Below, one piece after another: positions 11,101 through 24,077 of a stretch of 64,000 bases of DNA. The stretch is from Paraspadella gotoi (lineage: Eukaryota; Animalia; Chaetognatha): assembly GCA_051294375.1 (NCBI GenBank), contig CM119268.1, forward strand, positions 12,593,770 to 12,657,769. Reading direction: 5' to 3'. Under the pieces are notes generated by a model. It saw only the letters and a list, made by a program, of their open reading frames with translations. It ran no database searches and was not told the origin of the DNA. The position numbers were made by a program, and so were the translations under genes. The number at the start of each line of letters is the position of its first letter. Position 1 is the stretch's first letter.

Positions 11101-14100
11101 TTCATCCCCGTGTTAGCTGCGCTTTTCATTATATTCGCTACTTTTATCACTGGCGAGGTCGCCAGTGGGGGGACTGGTGACATCGCCAAAGCCCTGGCGA
11201 TATCGCCATGGCGAAGTCGCCAACCAACTAGAACCATAGGTTTTAAAAAAAATTTTCCTTAGTAAAAAACTAATTTAATTTATAATGCGAGGTATGTAAC
11301 AGTCAATATTTTCCGCTCTACAAGATTGTTTGGGTTTCGTCCCTCTAGCAATAAAGATTTTAAAGATATTTAGCAAAAAGTCCATTTTTTACCATTTTTT
11401 TTCATTTTTTTCAAAGTTGGCAGCATTTACTGTAAATTTTTTTTTGAAAAAAAATGTTCAAAAAATTCATATGATGTATGGGCACCTTTTACACAATACT
11501 CGTTTTTTTAAAAGAAAAAAGGCACGATAAATCTTAAGATCATAATAAATATATGATATCAGTTTCATACATATTGATGATTCATAGGCCTTAATATACA
11601 GTAGGAAACAATATATCTGACTATCGCTAGAACTGCTGCTGGCGCATTTTTTCGCATCATTTTTGGGAATTATCAATGATAAATACCTTGAGAGAAATTA
11701 CATTTGCATCTCCTATAACCAGAGGTTTTGCGAGTAAAACCTAGTTTTTGCGCTACAATAAAAAAAATATTGTTTCTGTACTATTCCAATATTTTTCATA
11801 TTTGAAAGTATGGTGGACTAAAATCCACCAACCGTTCATCAGCGGCCATTGGTGCCGGAGGCAAGTCATTCGCCTCCCAACCCAAAGGTCCGGGGTTCTA
11901 GCCCGGTGGTCGTCTGGCAGTTAAGAGGGACGGGGCGCTTAACCCGCCTGTAACATCGTGTTACAGCCTGATCCGAAGCTCAGGGACTGCTTATATTGAA
12001 CGGTTCTGTCATTAACACTTATCAATAATTACTGTCTCTTCAAAAGATTCTTTTTCGGTTTTTAGTTAGAGTTATGCTTACGCTCCCTTTATTCAAAAAA
12101 TAAAATTTTTCTTTTCAGTATTTTCCATAAAGTAAATATTTCAAAAAACCTTGTTTTTTGATATCAAATTCCCTATTATTTTTCGGCCGATACTATCGGC
12201 GATAGAGAAATAAAAATTTCGTCGAATACTGCTAATCCCTACAATTGAGTTCATATTTGATAAGATTTCTCATGTGCATAACATCAACGGAATGGACCTA
12301 TAAACGGACTTGGTTGGCCTAGTGATGTGATTGCTCGTCTCCTTCACGAATCATCAGAATACCGACGAATCACAGACCTTACTTCAACCTTAGAATGACC
12401 AATGACCGACAGAGGAACCGACGGAGGGATTGATGGTCAAAATTGCTAAGAGAACTCTAGGCATTCATCTCTACACCCAAACTCAAGAAAGAACACTTCT
12501 TCAAATAATTATTGAACTGTTTAATATTGTCATCACCTTTGTCTTAACCTTTGTAATCGTGTCATCGTTACCTATGTCATCACCCTAATCATTGTCCGTC
12601 ATTAAATAAAACCGTTGTCAACCAAATACTTTGCCACTTATTATTTACCCTCGTAAATTGACTAAACGTCAGCGATAAGTAACATACTTGTGAGTCACGT
12701 GATCATTTAAGAAAGCGATCACATGAATGTACATAATTTCGTATAAAATTTGGTTGTTTTAGTTGAAACTTAGCAGATAAATCCAAAAATATACTTGAAA
12801 AGAAAGTCACTACGGTTGTTTTTATTCTCACTTAGGAACATGAGGGTTGAACTCGACTGCCCGGTGGATCGCCTCCACAGCGTTCATCTCCGACGTGCTC
12901 AAACCGCGTTTGGAAGCCACGTCCGGACAGAACTTCTCCGAGACCTGGCGGGCCTTTAGCAATGCGGCAGTGTAGCAGATGGTCGCTGACTTCGGCAGGT
13001 TGATATCATCGTACTTGGCCAGTACCGCTTGTACGTCTGCATAGGCCTGGAAAGTGGAAATGTGAGAACCGAGAAAAGAAAAAACAACTTTTGGTTAAAA
13101 TCTGGATTAAATCAAAATTTGACCGATTTGACTATAAATCCTTTTCCTGCCTGCATCTCCAGCAATGCCTCGATAAGATTCTCGTGGATGTTAAAAACGT
13201 TAACAGGAAAGTCCTTGATAAGGTCGCGCATAATCTTGACTGCGTCTTTCAGTTTCCCGAGGCGTCGGTAGCACATAGCAAGACGGCGCTTGAGGTAGAC
13301 GACGACGTTGGCATCTCGGCGGTGAAGCGCCTCGTGGTTCGCCGTCTGCTGTTGCTGGTGTTGAGATTTGCGATGTGCCGCCTCAGCGCATTTCAAGGCC
13401 GCCTAAATGGTTACACGGAAAAAGGGAAAGTTGCCAGAAAAATTTAACTAAAATAACAAAATACGTTTAGGGAAAGATGGTAGAGCATAAAAGATGAATA
13501 AAAATATTCTTACAATATTTTTAAATTTTCATGTTTTATCGGTGAAAATTAGTAAAATCTAAAAAAATTATGGTATGATGATGATTATTATTATTTTTTT
13601 TCATTGCTTATGCATTTATAAATAGTTAAATGCTTCAATGTTATACTGTACTTCACTAGTTAAAAAATCTTAAAAGTATAGTGACCTCGCCAGACCTTAC
13701 TATCAAAGAAAATTAATGAAAAAGTACTATAATCTAATTTGCAAGTTGAAAAAATTATGCAAGTTTAAAAAGTATACAAATTGAAAAAATTATGCAAGTT
13801 TAAAAAATTATGCAAATTGAAAAAAATTATGCAAGTTAAAAAAATTATGCAAGTTGAAAAAATTATGCAAGTTGAAAAAATTATGCAAGTTGAAAAAAAT
13901 ATGCAAGTTGAAAAAATTATGTAAGTTGAAAAAATTATGTAAGTTAAAAAATTATCCAAGTTAAAAAATAATGCAAGTTAAAAAATAATGCAAGTTAAAA
14001 AAAATTATGCAAATTGAAAAAATTATGCAAGTTAAAAAAATTATACAAGTTTAAAAAATTATGCAAGTTGAAAAAATTATGCAAGTTGAAAAATTATGCA

Positions 14101-16531
14101 ATTTAAAAAAGTTATGCAAATTAAAAAATTATGCAAATTAAAAAAATTATGCAAGTTAAAAAATTATACAAGTTGAAAAAATTATGCAATTTGAAAAAAT
14201 TATGCAAGTTAAAAAAATTATGCAAGTTGAAAAATTATGCAAGTTAAAAAAATTATACAAGTTGAAAAAATTATGCAAGTTGAAAAAATTATGCAAGTTG
14301 AAAAATGATGCAATTTAAAAAAATATGCAAATTAAAAAATTATGCAAGTTAAAAAAATTATACAAGTTGAAAAAATTATGCAAGTTGAAAATTATGCAAG
14401 TTGAAAAAATTATGCAAGTTGAAAAAATTATGCAAGTTGAAAAAAATACAATTTAAAAAATTATGCAAATTAAAAAAATTTGCAAGTTGAAAAATTATGC
14501 AAGATGAAAAAAATTATACAAGTTGAAAAAATTATGCAAGTTGAAAAAATTATACAATTTAAAAAATTATGCAAATTAAAAAATTATGCAAGTTGAAAAA
14601 ATTAATAAAAAAAATAAGAATCAAAGCAGCAGCGACGGAGAAAAAGAGAGAGAGAGAGCGACATATAATTAAAAGAGAGAGAGAGAAGCTGAACTCGTCC
14701 GGTTGCCTCGCAGGTAGCGCGAGCTCCCCAATCTAAAGGACTGGGTCGCGCCCTGCTGATTCCAAAGAAGCAAAAAAAACTGAATAAAAATGTTTTGTAA
14801 AAGAGAGAAGAGAGAGAAAGAGAGAAAGAGAGGGAGAGAGAGTGAGAAGAGAGAGAGAGTTTTCCACCAAAAACAAACTTTCAATTTCAAAGTTTGATTT
14901 GGAATAATGAACGAATTATAGAAATATCAAGCGAAAAAATTGAGCAGATCGATTCAAGAGCAAGAAGATTGAGAAAACAAGCAGAAGAAAACAAGGAGAA
15001 AGCCAGTATCCTGCTTTAGCAGATAGATTGAACCAAAAACGAAGATGCGTCGAATCGCAACGAGACGCATTATTAAGTCACTCTCGTTTATTTCGGTTTT
15101 CCGTTGCCTCGCAACGGCGGCATGAAATTGGGTCATGTTGATTTTATTTATACACGTAACGTTTCCGTTGCCATTAGGTCATATTCCTCGACATTGTTTA
15201 CATTGTTTAGATTGTTTACCACGAAATCTAGGTCAAGTAAGTTATTGTATTTTGGGATTTTGTATTGAGATAAAATAATAAATGGCGATAATAAAAGTTT
15301 TTAAAAGGAAAAAAATAATCAGAATTTTTCAAAAAACGAACGATCACGCAAGAGATCATACAGAGAGAGACAGACACACACAGAGAGAGAGACAGAGAGA
15401 GACAGAGAGAGAAAGACACACAGAGAGAGACAGAGAGAGAGACACACAGAGAGAGACCGCAAACAAATATTTAGAACGTGAAAGAAATAAAATTGTTTTG
15501 TTAGTATGTGATTAAACATAAATTAACTTTCTATTTTTTTTCAATTGAAATAAGACTAGTTCAAAATGAGGTGGAAAACCTTATCTATTTGCATATTATT
15601 GAAAATGAATGAGATTGTTATTGATTGTATGAAATGAAAACTTTTCAATAAAGCTAAACTATTTTCAATATAACTATTATATTATATATATATTATATAT
15701 ATTATATGTATTATTATTATATATTATTATTATATTATTATATTATACTTTTACTATTATGAAATTGGTACAACCAATATAAAAATTATCCATTCATTTA
15801 ATAAATAAGCTATCTTGCCCCTGACTTTGGACAGGCTTTGGTGGTTTAAGGCCTCCATCACTCTTACAAGATAATGACATATTATATAACTATTATAACT
15901 ATTTTCACTATAATATTTTGACTTCCAAATATTTTTTTTACTTATCAAAAAAATTTTATTTTCTCATCTTAAAAAATTTTAATTTTGAATTAAATTTTAG
16001 ATTGTTCTTTTTTTAGGAAGAAACCAGACCGAGGTCAAATTTTATATTTGCATATTTAACTAATTTATAAATAGTTATCACAACTCAAATAATTATTATT
16101 TAAAAAAAGATAAAAAATGATTAAATATATACACTAAAAATATTTATAAATTTAATAATAGTACAAATTATCAGAATAACAAAAAAAGTAATGTTTAATT
16201 TGACTATATCTCTCTTCTCAACTCCTATTTTAGATATAATTTGCCAATAGTGGGCCAACCGGTCCAAATTTAAAATAATAAAATAAAAACAATTTTTTTT
16301 TTAAAACGTGATGCATGCAATTATATAATAGGTCACATTAGCTCATTTTCCTGTGACAATGCATGTCATTATAAGTTATTCTTCACTTTTTTTAAAATGT
16401 ATACACGAAAATCTCGGATGTAAATTTGGGATTTTGTATTGAGAAAAAAGCCCCGAATAAATGGCGATAATAAAAGTTTTTAGAAGGAAAAACATAGTCA
16501 TAGTTTTTCAAAAAAAAGAACGATCACGCAA

Positions 16532-16586
<55 letters not shown>

Positions 16587-16721
16587 GCGAAACGTGTTAT
16601 TAGGTCATGTTCCTTGACATTGTTTACTCGTTGCCTCGCAACGGCCACGAAATCCAGGGTAAAAGAAAAAAGCGCGGAATAAATGGTGATAATAAAAGTT
16701 TTTAGAAGGAAAAATATAATC

Positions 16722-16763
<42 letters not shown>

Positions 16764-18180
16764 AAAAGAAAAACCGAATATTCGCTCCAATTATATCGTT
16801 ATCCGTTGCCTCGCAACGGCGGCGTGATCTCGGTCAAGTTGATCCTTTTATACACGTAACGTTTCCGTTGCCATCAAAACGCGTTTTTAGGTCATGTTCC
16901 TTGACATTGTTTACTCGTTGCCCTGCAATGGCCACGAAATCCAGGTCAAGTAAGTTATTCTTCACATTTTCTCAAAAAAAATCCACGAAAATCTCAGATA
17001 TAAATTTGGGATTTGTATTGAAAAAAAAACGCGGAATAAATGGCGATAATAAAAGTTTTTCAAAGGAAAAAAATAATCAGAATTTTTCAAAAAACGAACG
17101 ATAACGCAAGAGATCATACAGAGAGAGACAGACACAGAGAGAGAGAGAGACAGAGACACACAGAGAGAGAAAGACACACAGAGAGAGAGACAGAGAGAGA
17201 GTGAGACAGAGAGAGAGTGCAAACAAATATTTAGAACTTGATAGAAATAAATTGTTTTGTTAGTGTGTGATTAAGCATAAAGACTGATAACTTTTGTTCA
17301 TCTAGTTCAAAATGAGGTTGAAAACCTTAACTGAGACTGGCTGGCGTGAAGTCGCTGGCTCTCTAAGAGGAACGGAAGATAAATAGACTTGAATAAGTCA
17401 GCCAAAATAAATGTGTAATCAGGAAATGGAGCTATCTGCTCCTCAAGTGACTCGAGACCGAAGTGAATCTCTCTCTCTGTCTTGGTGACAACTGAGACTC
17501 GATGATGAGGAGGGGAAAGGGGATGAAAAAGAGGTGGAAGAGGAGGAAGCTCCGTGGCTCGCGCTCGTGGGAAGAGGAAAAACTGGAACCAACGAAACTA
17601 ACTACTCTTCCCTCTCTGCTTAACTATTTGCATATTATTGAAAATGAATGAGATTGATATTGATTGTATGAAATGAAAACTTGTCGCGATAAAGCTAAAC
17701 TATTTTCAATAATAAAAGTCAAAAAATTATAATCCCTATAAACAAAATATATAGTTGAAAATACTCAGTTAACGAATATGATATTTTTGACTTCCAAATA
17801 TTTTTTTTACTTATCAAAAAAAAATTTATTTCCTCATTTTAAAAAATTTTAATCTTCAATGAAATTTTAGATTGTTCTTTTTTTAGGAAGAAACCAGACT
17901 GAGACATTGATACATGCTACATGATACATACATGATACATTATTCCGCGCAATTGCGGGATATATAGCAGGTATCGCTTACCTGTCACATTAGCTGATGC
18001 ACATGTGACATGTCATTATAACATATTTTTATCTTTTTTTAAAATGTATTCACAAAAATCTCGGATATAAATTTGGGATTTTGTATTGAGAAAAAAGCGC
18101 CGAATAAATGGCGATAATAAAAGTTTTTAGAAGGAAAAAAAATAATGAAAAAAACAAACGATCACGCAAGAGACCGTAAA

Positions 18181-18212
<32 letters not shown>

Positions 18213-18488
18213 AGAAAGAGAAGACAGAGAGAAGAGAGAGAGGGAGAGGCCTGAACTCGTTTTTATACGATTCAGAAAAGGGTGCGCCTGATTAAAAAAA
18301 AATTTTTTTTAGAAAGAAAAAAATAATCAGACTTTTTCAAAAAATGAACGATCACGCATGAGATCGTACAAGAGAGACTGAGAGAGACAGAGAGAGACTG
18401 AGAGAGACCCTGAACTCGTTTTTTAACGAATCAGAAAAGGCAAGGATTTGAGAAAAAGCGCGGAATAAATGGCGGAATAAATAGAAAG

Positions 18489-18537
<49 letters not shown>

Positions 18538-20482
18538 GGGAGGGAGAGAGAGAGAGAGAGCCTGAACTCGTTTTTTTAAAACGATTCAGAAAAGGCCGCG
18601 CCTGATCAAATATATATTTTTTTTAGAAAGAAAAAAATAATCAGAATTTTTTCAAAAAACGAACGATCACGCAAGAGATCGTACAAAGAGAGACTGACGC
18701 CACACAAAGAGAGACAGAGAGAAGACTGAACTCGTTTTTTAATTATATATAAAGAAAGGCAAAAAATGTTACAATGGTTTACAATTGGAAATTTTTTCCA
18801 ATTTTTTTCCAATCGACTTTATTTTTTTATTTGTATTAAAATTAAGATATAGCTTCTCATTAAAAAGTTATTTGGAGTTCCCATTTTTATTATAGATTTA
18901 AAAAAAATTTTTTGAATTTCATCTTCAATATTATATACTGCAATATGTAAATTAGATTAAAGCATTTCTATATACTATTTGGATATTATAATGAGTACTA
19001 TAATCTCATTTGCATATTGCAGTAAATCATAATGAAGTTGAAATTCAAACAAAAAATACTTAAATCCAAATGTAAAAAGAAAATATCAAAGCTATTTTAA
19101 ATTGAGAAGCCATATCTAAATTTTTAACTTACATATGATCGCACACTTTTGTAAAACTTTATCATAATTCATAATAAAAGAAGCAACCCTAAAACATTAT
19201 AGAGCCTGACCCGGCTTCGCCGGTCAAGGCTCGATAAAAAGTGATGGTAAATATTGATTAAATATATGATGGACAAATGAATTTTATATTACAGAAATCC
19301 GAATGAAAAAAAAAGGTATAAATTTTTGCCCGCCTTACTGGGTAATCCCACACACAATTCACCTTCAGCATTTTTTCAACGTCGGCGATAGTGGTGCAGT
19401 CTTCCTCCGATAGCAACAGCATCGCAGAGGCGTTCTCTGCGTTCTTTTCTAACGCCTCACGCGCCAATTTAATACGCGATTCGGGGCTTCTCTCGCGCCA
19501 CGCTCGTTGCATCATCTCGTAGTCAGCGTGACCTAAAAAAAAAAAAAAAAGAGAGAAAAAAATAAAACGAAAATGGGGACAGTAGAAAAGGCCATCACGT
19601 CAAATTGGGGCACCAACTGACCTTCGTCTCCGGGGCATGTGAAGAAGGTCTGATGATCCTGGGCTGACAAATTCATGTCATAGTATGTGAGAGGTTCCTT
19701 GCCGTTGGCCCAGTAAAGCCTTTGATATTCGGCGCCCCGAAAAAGACTGAGAGGATTTCGCCAAACTTTGCATTCGGTGATGGAGGGTTGGTTCGGCGTT
19801 AGAACCGAAGCTCCTGACAAACCCTTCGCCTCTCCGTTGCCGCTCACAAAACCGCCGCTCTCGTCGGCTTCGGTGCTCTGAGCGCACAAGGGAACGGCAA
19901 CGGGCGAAAGGCCAGCACCGACGCCGTGATGATGGTTGTTGTTATCATTGTTGGCGCCGCTGCCGACGTTGGATCGATGCGCTCCGCCGCTGCCGGCATC
20001 TCCGCCACCGATGAGCGGGGATATGTGGTTGAGAGAGACTTGTTCAATGAAGGAAGTTCCGTATTTACGAAAATACCACCACTCGAAGATAAGAATCAAG
20101 CCAGAAATCAAGGAAGAAGTCCCAGTGAGCGCCACATAAAATTTGGGAGTCAGATTGTTCAGGAAAGTCGTCGCTGAAAATAAAACGAGGGGACAGTTAA
20201 GAAATATATCATATATGATATAAGTTTGGTCGGAACCGAGTATGGTCACAAAAAAAGTCACGTCATTTTATAATAAAAGCCTTCTGTAGGAAATTAGCGA
20301 AAAAGTTCCAAGGGAAAAACGTAGATATTTTATCAAAAAGAGAGAGAAGACAAACCTAAGACGATGTTCTCCCGAAAAGGTTCTGCGAGGGGGCCTCTCA
20401 ACAAGTAGCTCATGAAAACGAGGAAGATGATCCAAAGGATCCACAAGTAGGTCCAGTACATGTCTCTACCGAGTTTGATCAT
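5106..20482 (-). CDS. ST7: Suppressor of tumorigenicity 7 (ST7/ST7L) orthologue, 8 exons, ~598 aa
   Basis: Exons (minus): 20482-20356, 20173-19622, 19532-19363, 13402-13151, 13046-12832, 5729-5546, 5466-5374, 5309-5106; phases join in frame (1797 nt incl. TAG). Peptides match remembered ST7 blocks: [114 protein letters not shown]. Confidence 0.96.
8104..8325. mobile_element. Penelope-like terminal fragment, inverted pair with two decayed hammerhead motifs
   Basis: Palindrome centred ~8195 with GACATGTTTCGGCTC..GAGCTGAAACATGTC; CAACGAAAAGA tail. Confidence 0.6.
8465..11235. repeat. Palindromic element of telomere-like (TTAGGG)2 units separated by recurrent GC-rich spacers
   Basis: Ends GGTTCTAGTTGGTTGGCG..CGCCAACCAACTAGAACC; symmetry centre ~10190; clean G-strand array 10280-11080, degenerate C-strand array 8690-10105. 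Confidence 0.8.
11809..12043 (+). mobile_element. tRNA-Gly(CCC)-derived interspersed repeat (SINE-like), full-length copy
   Basis: tRNA-like 11842-11914 (GCGGCCA..TGGTCGT stem, A-box-like TGGTGCCGGAGG, CCTCCCAA anticodon-like loop, B-box-like GGTTCTAGCCC); near-identical copies at 21211 and 36769. Confidence 0.8.
13047..13150 (-). other. Non-canonical GC-AG intron (ST7 intron 4, 104 nt)
   Basis: Conserved ALLEMQ|AYADVQ junction requires donor CAG|GCAGGA and acceptor TTTCCAG|GCC; no GT at the junction. Confidence 0.75.
13669..19240 (+). mobile_element. Composite modular repeat filling ST7 intron 3 (Helentron-associated-like; (GA)n-rich modules, internal duplications)
   Basis: 3' hairpin TGACCCGGC-TTC-GCCGGTCA near 19207-19226; repeated module AAATGGCGATAATAAAAGTTTT; 15080-16030 duplicated at 16800-17900; related modules at 280-560, 1900-2560, 27090-28200, 55180-56700. 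Confidence 0.5.
13740..14602 (+). repeat. 18-19-bp minisatellite (AAAAAATTATGCAAGTTG)n
   Basis: Direct tandem array; related units at 555-625 on the opposite strand. Confidence 0.95.
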
Positions 20483-21210
20483 ATCTCAGGTTCCACGAAC
20501 GACGATTCTCAGGCCCGAGAGCAAGGCACGGCTATCGCGAAGGCACTTTTGTGGCAGCGACGAGATCGAGCTTCAACTCTTCTCAATCTTATTAATTTTT
20601 CTTATTTAATTTTTCTGCGGAAAAAAATGTGAAAAAAAATTCTAATGGGAAACAATTTTTTTAACATTCATTAGTTGCATTAGTAACTTAACAAAAAATA
20701 TGGTCAAACATTAGATATAGTTGCTTTTAGGATTTTTTAAATAAGAAAAATTTCTCTTTATTTGCAAACAAAAAACATTGTTCCAAATAATTATTTTTGT
20801 GACTTCCTTAATATACCTGGATAAAGCAAAATTTTACTTCTGGAATACGGAGAATCAAATTTTAAAATCGTTATTATTTTTTTAAAAATTTAAATCGGAC
20901 TAAGGTATAATAATGTTACCACTCACAACTCCACTTCATGAGAGATAAAACCTAAAGATAAGAAATAAAAAAAAAATTCATAAAGTTAAAAAAATTTACC
21001 GACCAAAGGGCGTCTTAGAAAGGTCCGTGTCGGCGAAAGTTAAATTAAGCCCTGGATTGGCCAATGGCCAATGGCCATCATAGCCCATCGAAACTAATTT
21101 TAAAAGCGATCACGAATATGCACTACTAAAAGATGCAAATTAATTCCCTCCACTACTCCTCGAAAAAATCAAAACAAAGTCACTTGTCGCTAAAAAAAAT
21201 CTTAAAAGCA

Positions 21211-21435
21211 TAAAATCCACAAACCGTTCATCAGCGGCCATTGGTGCCGGAGGCAAGTCATTCGCCTCCCAACCCAAAGGTCCGGGGTTCTAACCCGATG
21301 GCCGCCTTGCAGTTACGAGGGACGGGGCGCTTAACCCGCCTGTAACATGGTGTTACAGCCTGATCCGAAGCTCAGGGACTGCTTATATTGAACGGTTCTG
21401 TCATTAACACATAACAATTCTCACTGTCTCTTCAA
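21211..21435 (+). mobile_element. Same tRNA-derived repeat, slightly 5'-truncated copy
   Basis: High identity to 11820-12043; flanked by AAGCATAA duplication inside another repeat family. Confidence 0.8.
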
Positions 21436-24077
21436 GCATAAGGATCGTCGCAATCGCATAAGAAAAATCAGGATTGACGACAAATTTTGATACTAAAAAA
21501 AAAAAATTTGAGAAAAGAAAATTAATTTATAAACAGAAAGAAAATTTCTATTTTGCGATTGTCAATTAAAAAAAATAATAAAGTACTGAGGAAAATTAAA
21601 GTTACCATTTAAGGTAAAACTCTTGGATTTCTAAGGACGAAATCAAAGTAAGTTTTATTCTGAGAATAAAGGTGACGGTGAGACGCGCGCACGAGTCTTG
21701 ATCAATGCTACTGAAACTAGAATGTTAGATCCAAAGACTCACAAATCGTGATATCTGTGTTTAAACTTTATTACGTCGTCACAAGGATTTACCGTTTATT
21801 TATGATCTTTTCTCTACATTCGTCATCGTCGTGATTCAGTTATTTTGTCGAAATTCAGTATTTTTTCAGTAGATTCCTCCATAAATTTTTAAATTTGTCA
21901 GAACGTTTTTCTCTTTTTTTTCCATATTTTTTTGACACGCTAAACGTTTCTCTGATTACGCAAAATTTCATGAAAAAAATAAAAAAATAATAGTACCAAT
22001 AGTTAGTGTTATGTCTCGAATAGATGGAAAAAAAACCTCGTTTAAAAATTCGATCGGGAAGTGGTGGTAACTAAGGCTTACCAATGGCATCCTCCACGCC
22101 AATCGTTCTCTCAAATAATTTTTTTTTATTTAATACATTTGAAAAAGAAAAAAGAAAATTCAGAATGCAGGTTGCAGAAAGGGTACAGATAATATGGACA
22201 TACTGACATGATAATCATGACCTTTTTATGTCTTGTGAAAGGGGGGCAGTAAAGAAACCTAAAAAATTCGATCATTAAGTCAGTCAATGAACCCTTTCCA
22301 ATGGGCTATTCCGCGAAATTTTTTTTCTTAATTTAAACGGATGATAAGTAATAGAATTAAATTCCTTGTATAAAGGTTGTTATATTTAAAAGAAAATTAT
22401 CAATACAAATAAACACAATGATGTCTTGCTTTGTCAAATATGTCACCAGCTATGTAATTTTTTAAAATTTTATTATGATAAACAAGCAGCGTGTCAAGCT
22501 TTTTGTTTGCAGTTGAAGATAATGGAAAATGACAATTTTTTTTCACAGACAAGAAGGTAGATGTCCAGACTGTTTATATCAATCTGAAAATATTTTTGTA
22601 TTTATCATTTTTCATATTTAAAAAAACATTTTATCCAGCTACTTCATAAATTTTTGCTTGTTTTTTACTTTTAACTAAAAAATACAAGCAAATTTATAGA
22701 GTAGAGCAAATTTAATGGTAATCAAAATGTAATTATTCTTTCCTTTTTTCAAATTACGAAAGAAGCAAAAAAAATTTCACATGTCTTCATTGAAATTTTT
22801 AATGCAAAAAACTGTTATACTTTTAACTCCGATTTAAATAAAAGCTGTGTAAAGATTTATGGATAAAATTTAATAAAACTATTTCAGAGAGGTGTCCCAT
22901 GATTAGGGCTTAATTTAATACCTCACCCACTTTCCTACCTCTTTTCTTTCCAAAGTTATTCAAGAAATAACTTTTTTTACCGTGAGAGAACTAAGGATTT
23001 GAACTACGCAGTACAAATCTTTGTTAAATAAAAATTTCGGCAAAGCGGGAGTATCTCAATTTATCCTATTGGTTACAATACCTAAATTTTTAAAATAAAA
23101 CTTAAAGAAAAATTTTCCGTCCTCTAGAGACATGTCACTTTCAGGTTTACCTATCGTCTTACACATTTATGGATTATGCTGGAAGAAATCAGCAAAACGT
23201 TTTCTCTTTTTTTTAAATAGTTTGTACGAGCGCGTCAGAAATCTAAGAAGAAACTCGAAAATTTTATTCTGACAAATTTTGCCTTTCAAGGCTGACGTTT
23301 ATGACTATATCTCTGGAAACCATTGTAGGAATTTAAAAACGGTTTTTTGCAAGTGAACATTGATATCATCCTCCAGGGATCGGCATAAAAATATATAAAA
23401 AAATAAACTAATATGTGGCTGTCGAGTGAGGTATCTATTTTCAGTATTATTCATTGCGTTCTGAATCCTTAGGTTTTCTTTATATAATTCATTGTAATTC
23501 TTTTGAACGTTTAAATAATGATTTTTGATATTATTTTGTGTACTGTTTGAATATCTATATGCTTTAATTATTTTATTAAGGTACCCTTTTTAAGAATTCT
23601 TCAGAAACTCAAAGATTAAGAGATAAACTGTTTGATATCATCGTCGATCCACTCCGGCCGCCAATTCTTGCCTTAGAAGGGTTTCCCCGAACGACCGAAG
23701 CGGCTTGCCGATAGAAGTTCCTCGAATCAAAGATTCTCGGGGACGTTTTCTGGAGGGACGGACCGGCGGGTCCTAACAAGAACAAGCTAAGTCTATTTAT
23801 ATCTAAGGAAGAGGATCGGCGACGTGGGTAAAATTTACAGTTTCAATGATTCTGCAAGCTGATTGGTCGATTCCGGTTCCATGCTTGACCAATCAGAATT
23901 CGGCGATTCCATTTCCGCGGAGATCGCCCGAGCCTCGGATCCGATTTGTTTTTGGTGGCTTGATACTCCTGCGATGTTACAGTTTCTGGAAAAAAAAAAA
24001 CTTTTTCATTGTCAAAAAATAAACTGATCAGCAGACGCAGCCCCCGTCAGGGGCCCTCTGTCAGGGGCCCTAAGAAA

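Larger units (their letters stand above)
6075..11515. mobile_element. Large AT-rich foldback element in ST7 intron 5, right arm interrupted
   Basis: 6100-6345 pairs with 11235-11510; 6360-6760 with 7765-8390; 6780-6930 with 7240-7390. Boundaries approximate. Confidence 0.7.

Noticed and set aside
8465-11235. True telomere or chromosome fusion site
   Set aside because: No long pure array, bounded by TIR-like ends, arms point CCCTAA then TTAGGG (opposite to an end-to-end fusion), and ST7 exons continue in phase on both sides.
11842-11914. Functional tRNA-Gly(CCC) gene
   Set aside because: Anticodon stem pairs poorly, T-loop is TTCTA, and flanks are shared by three dispersed copies, so it is a repeat.
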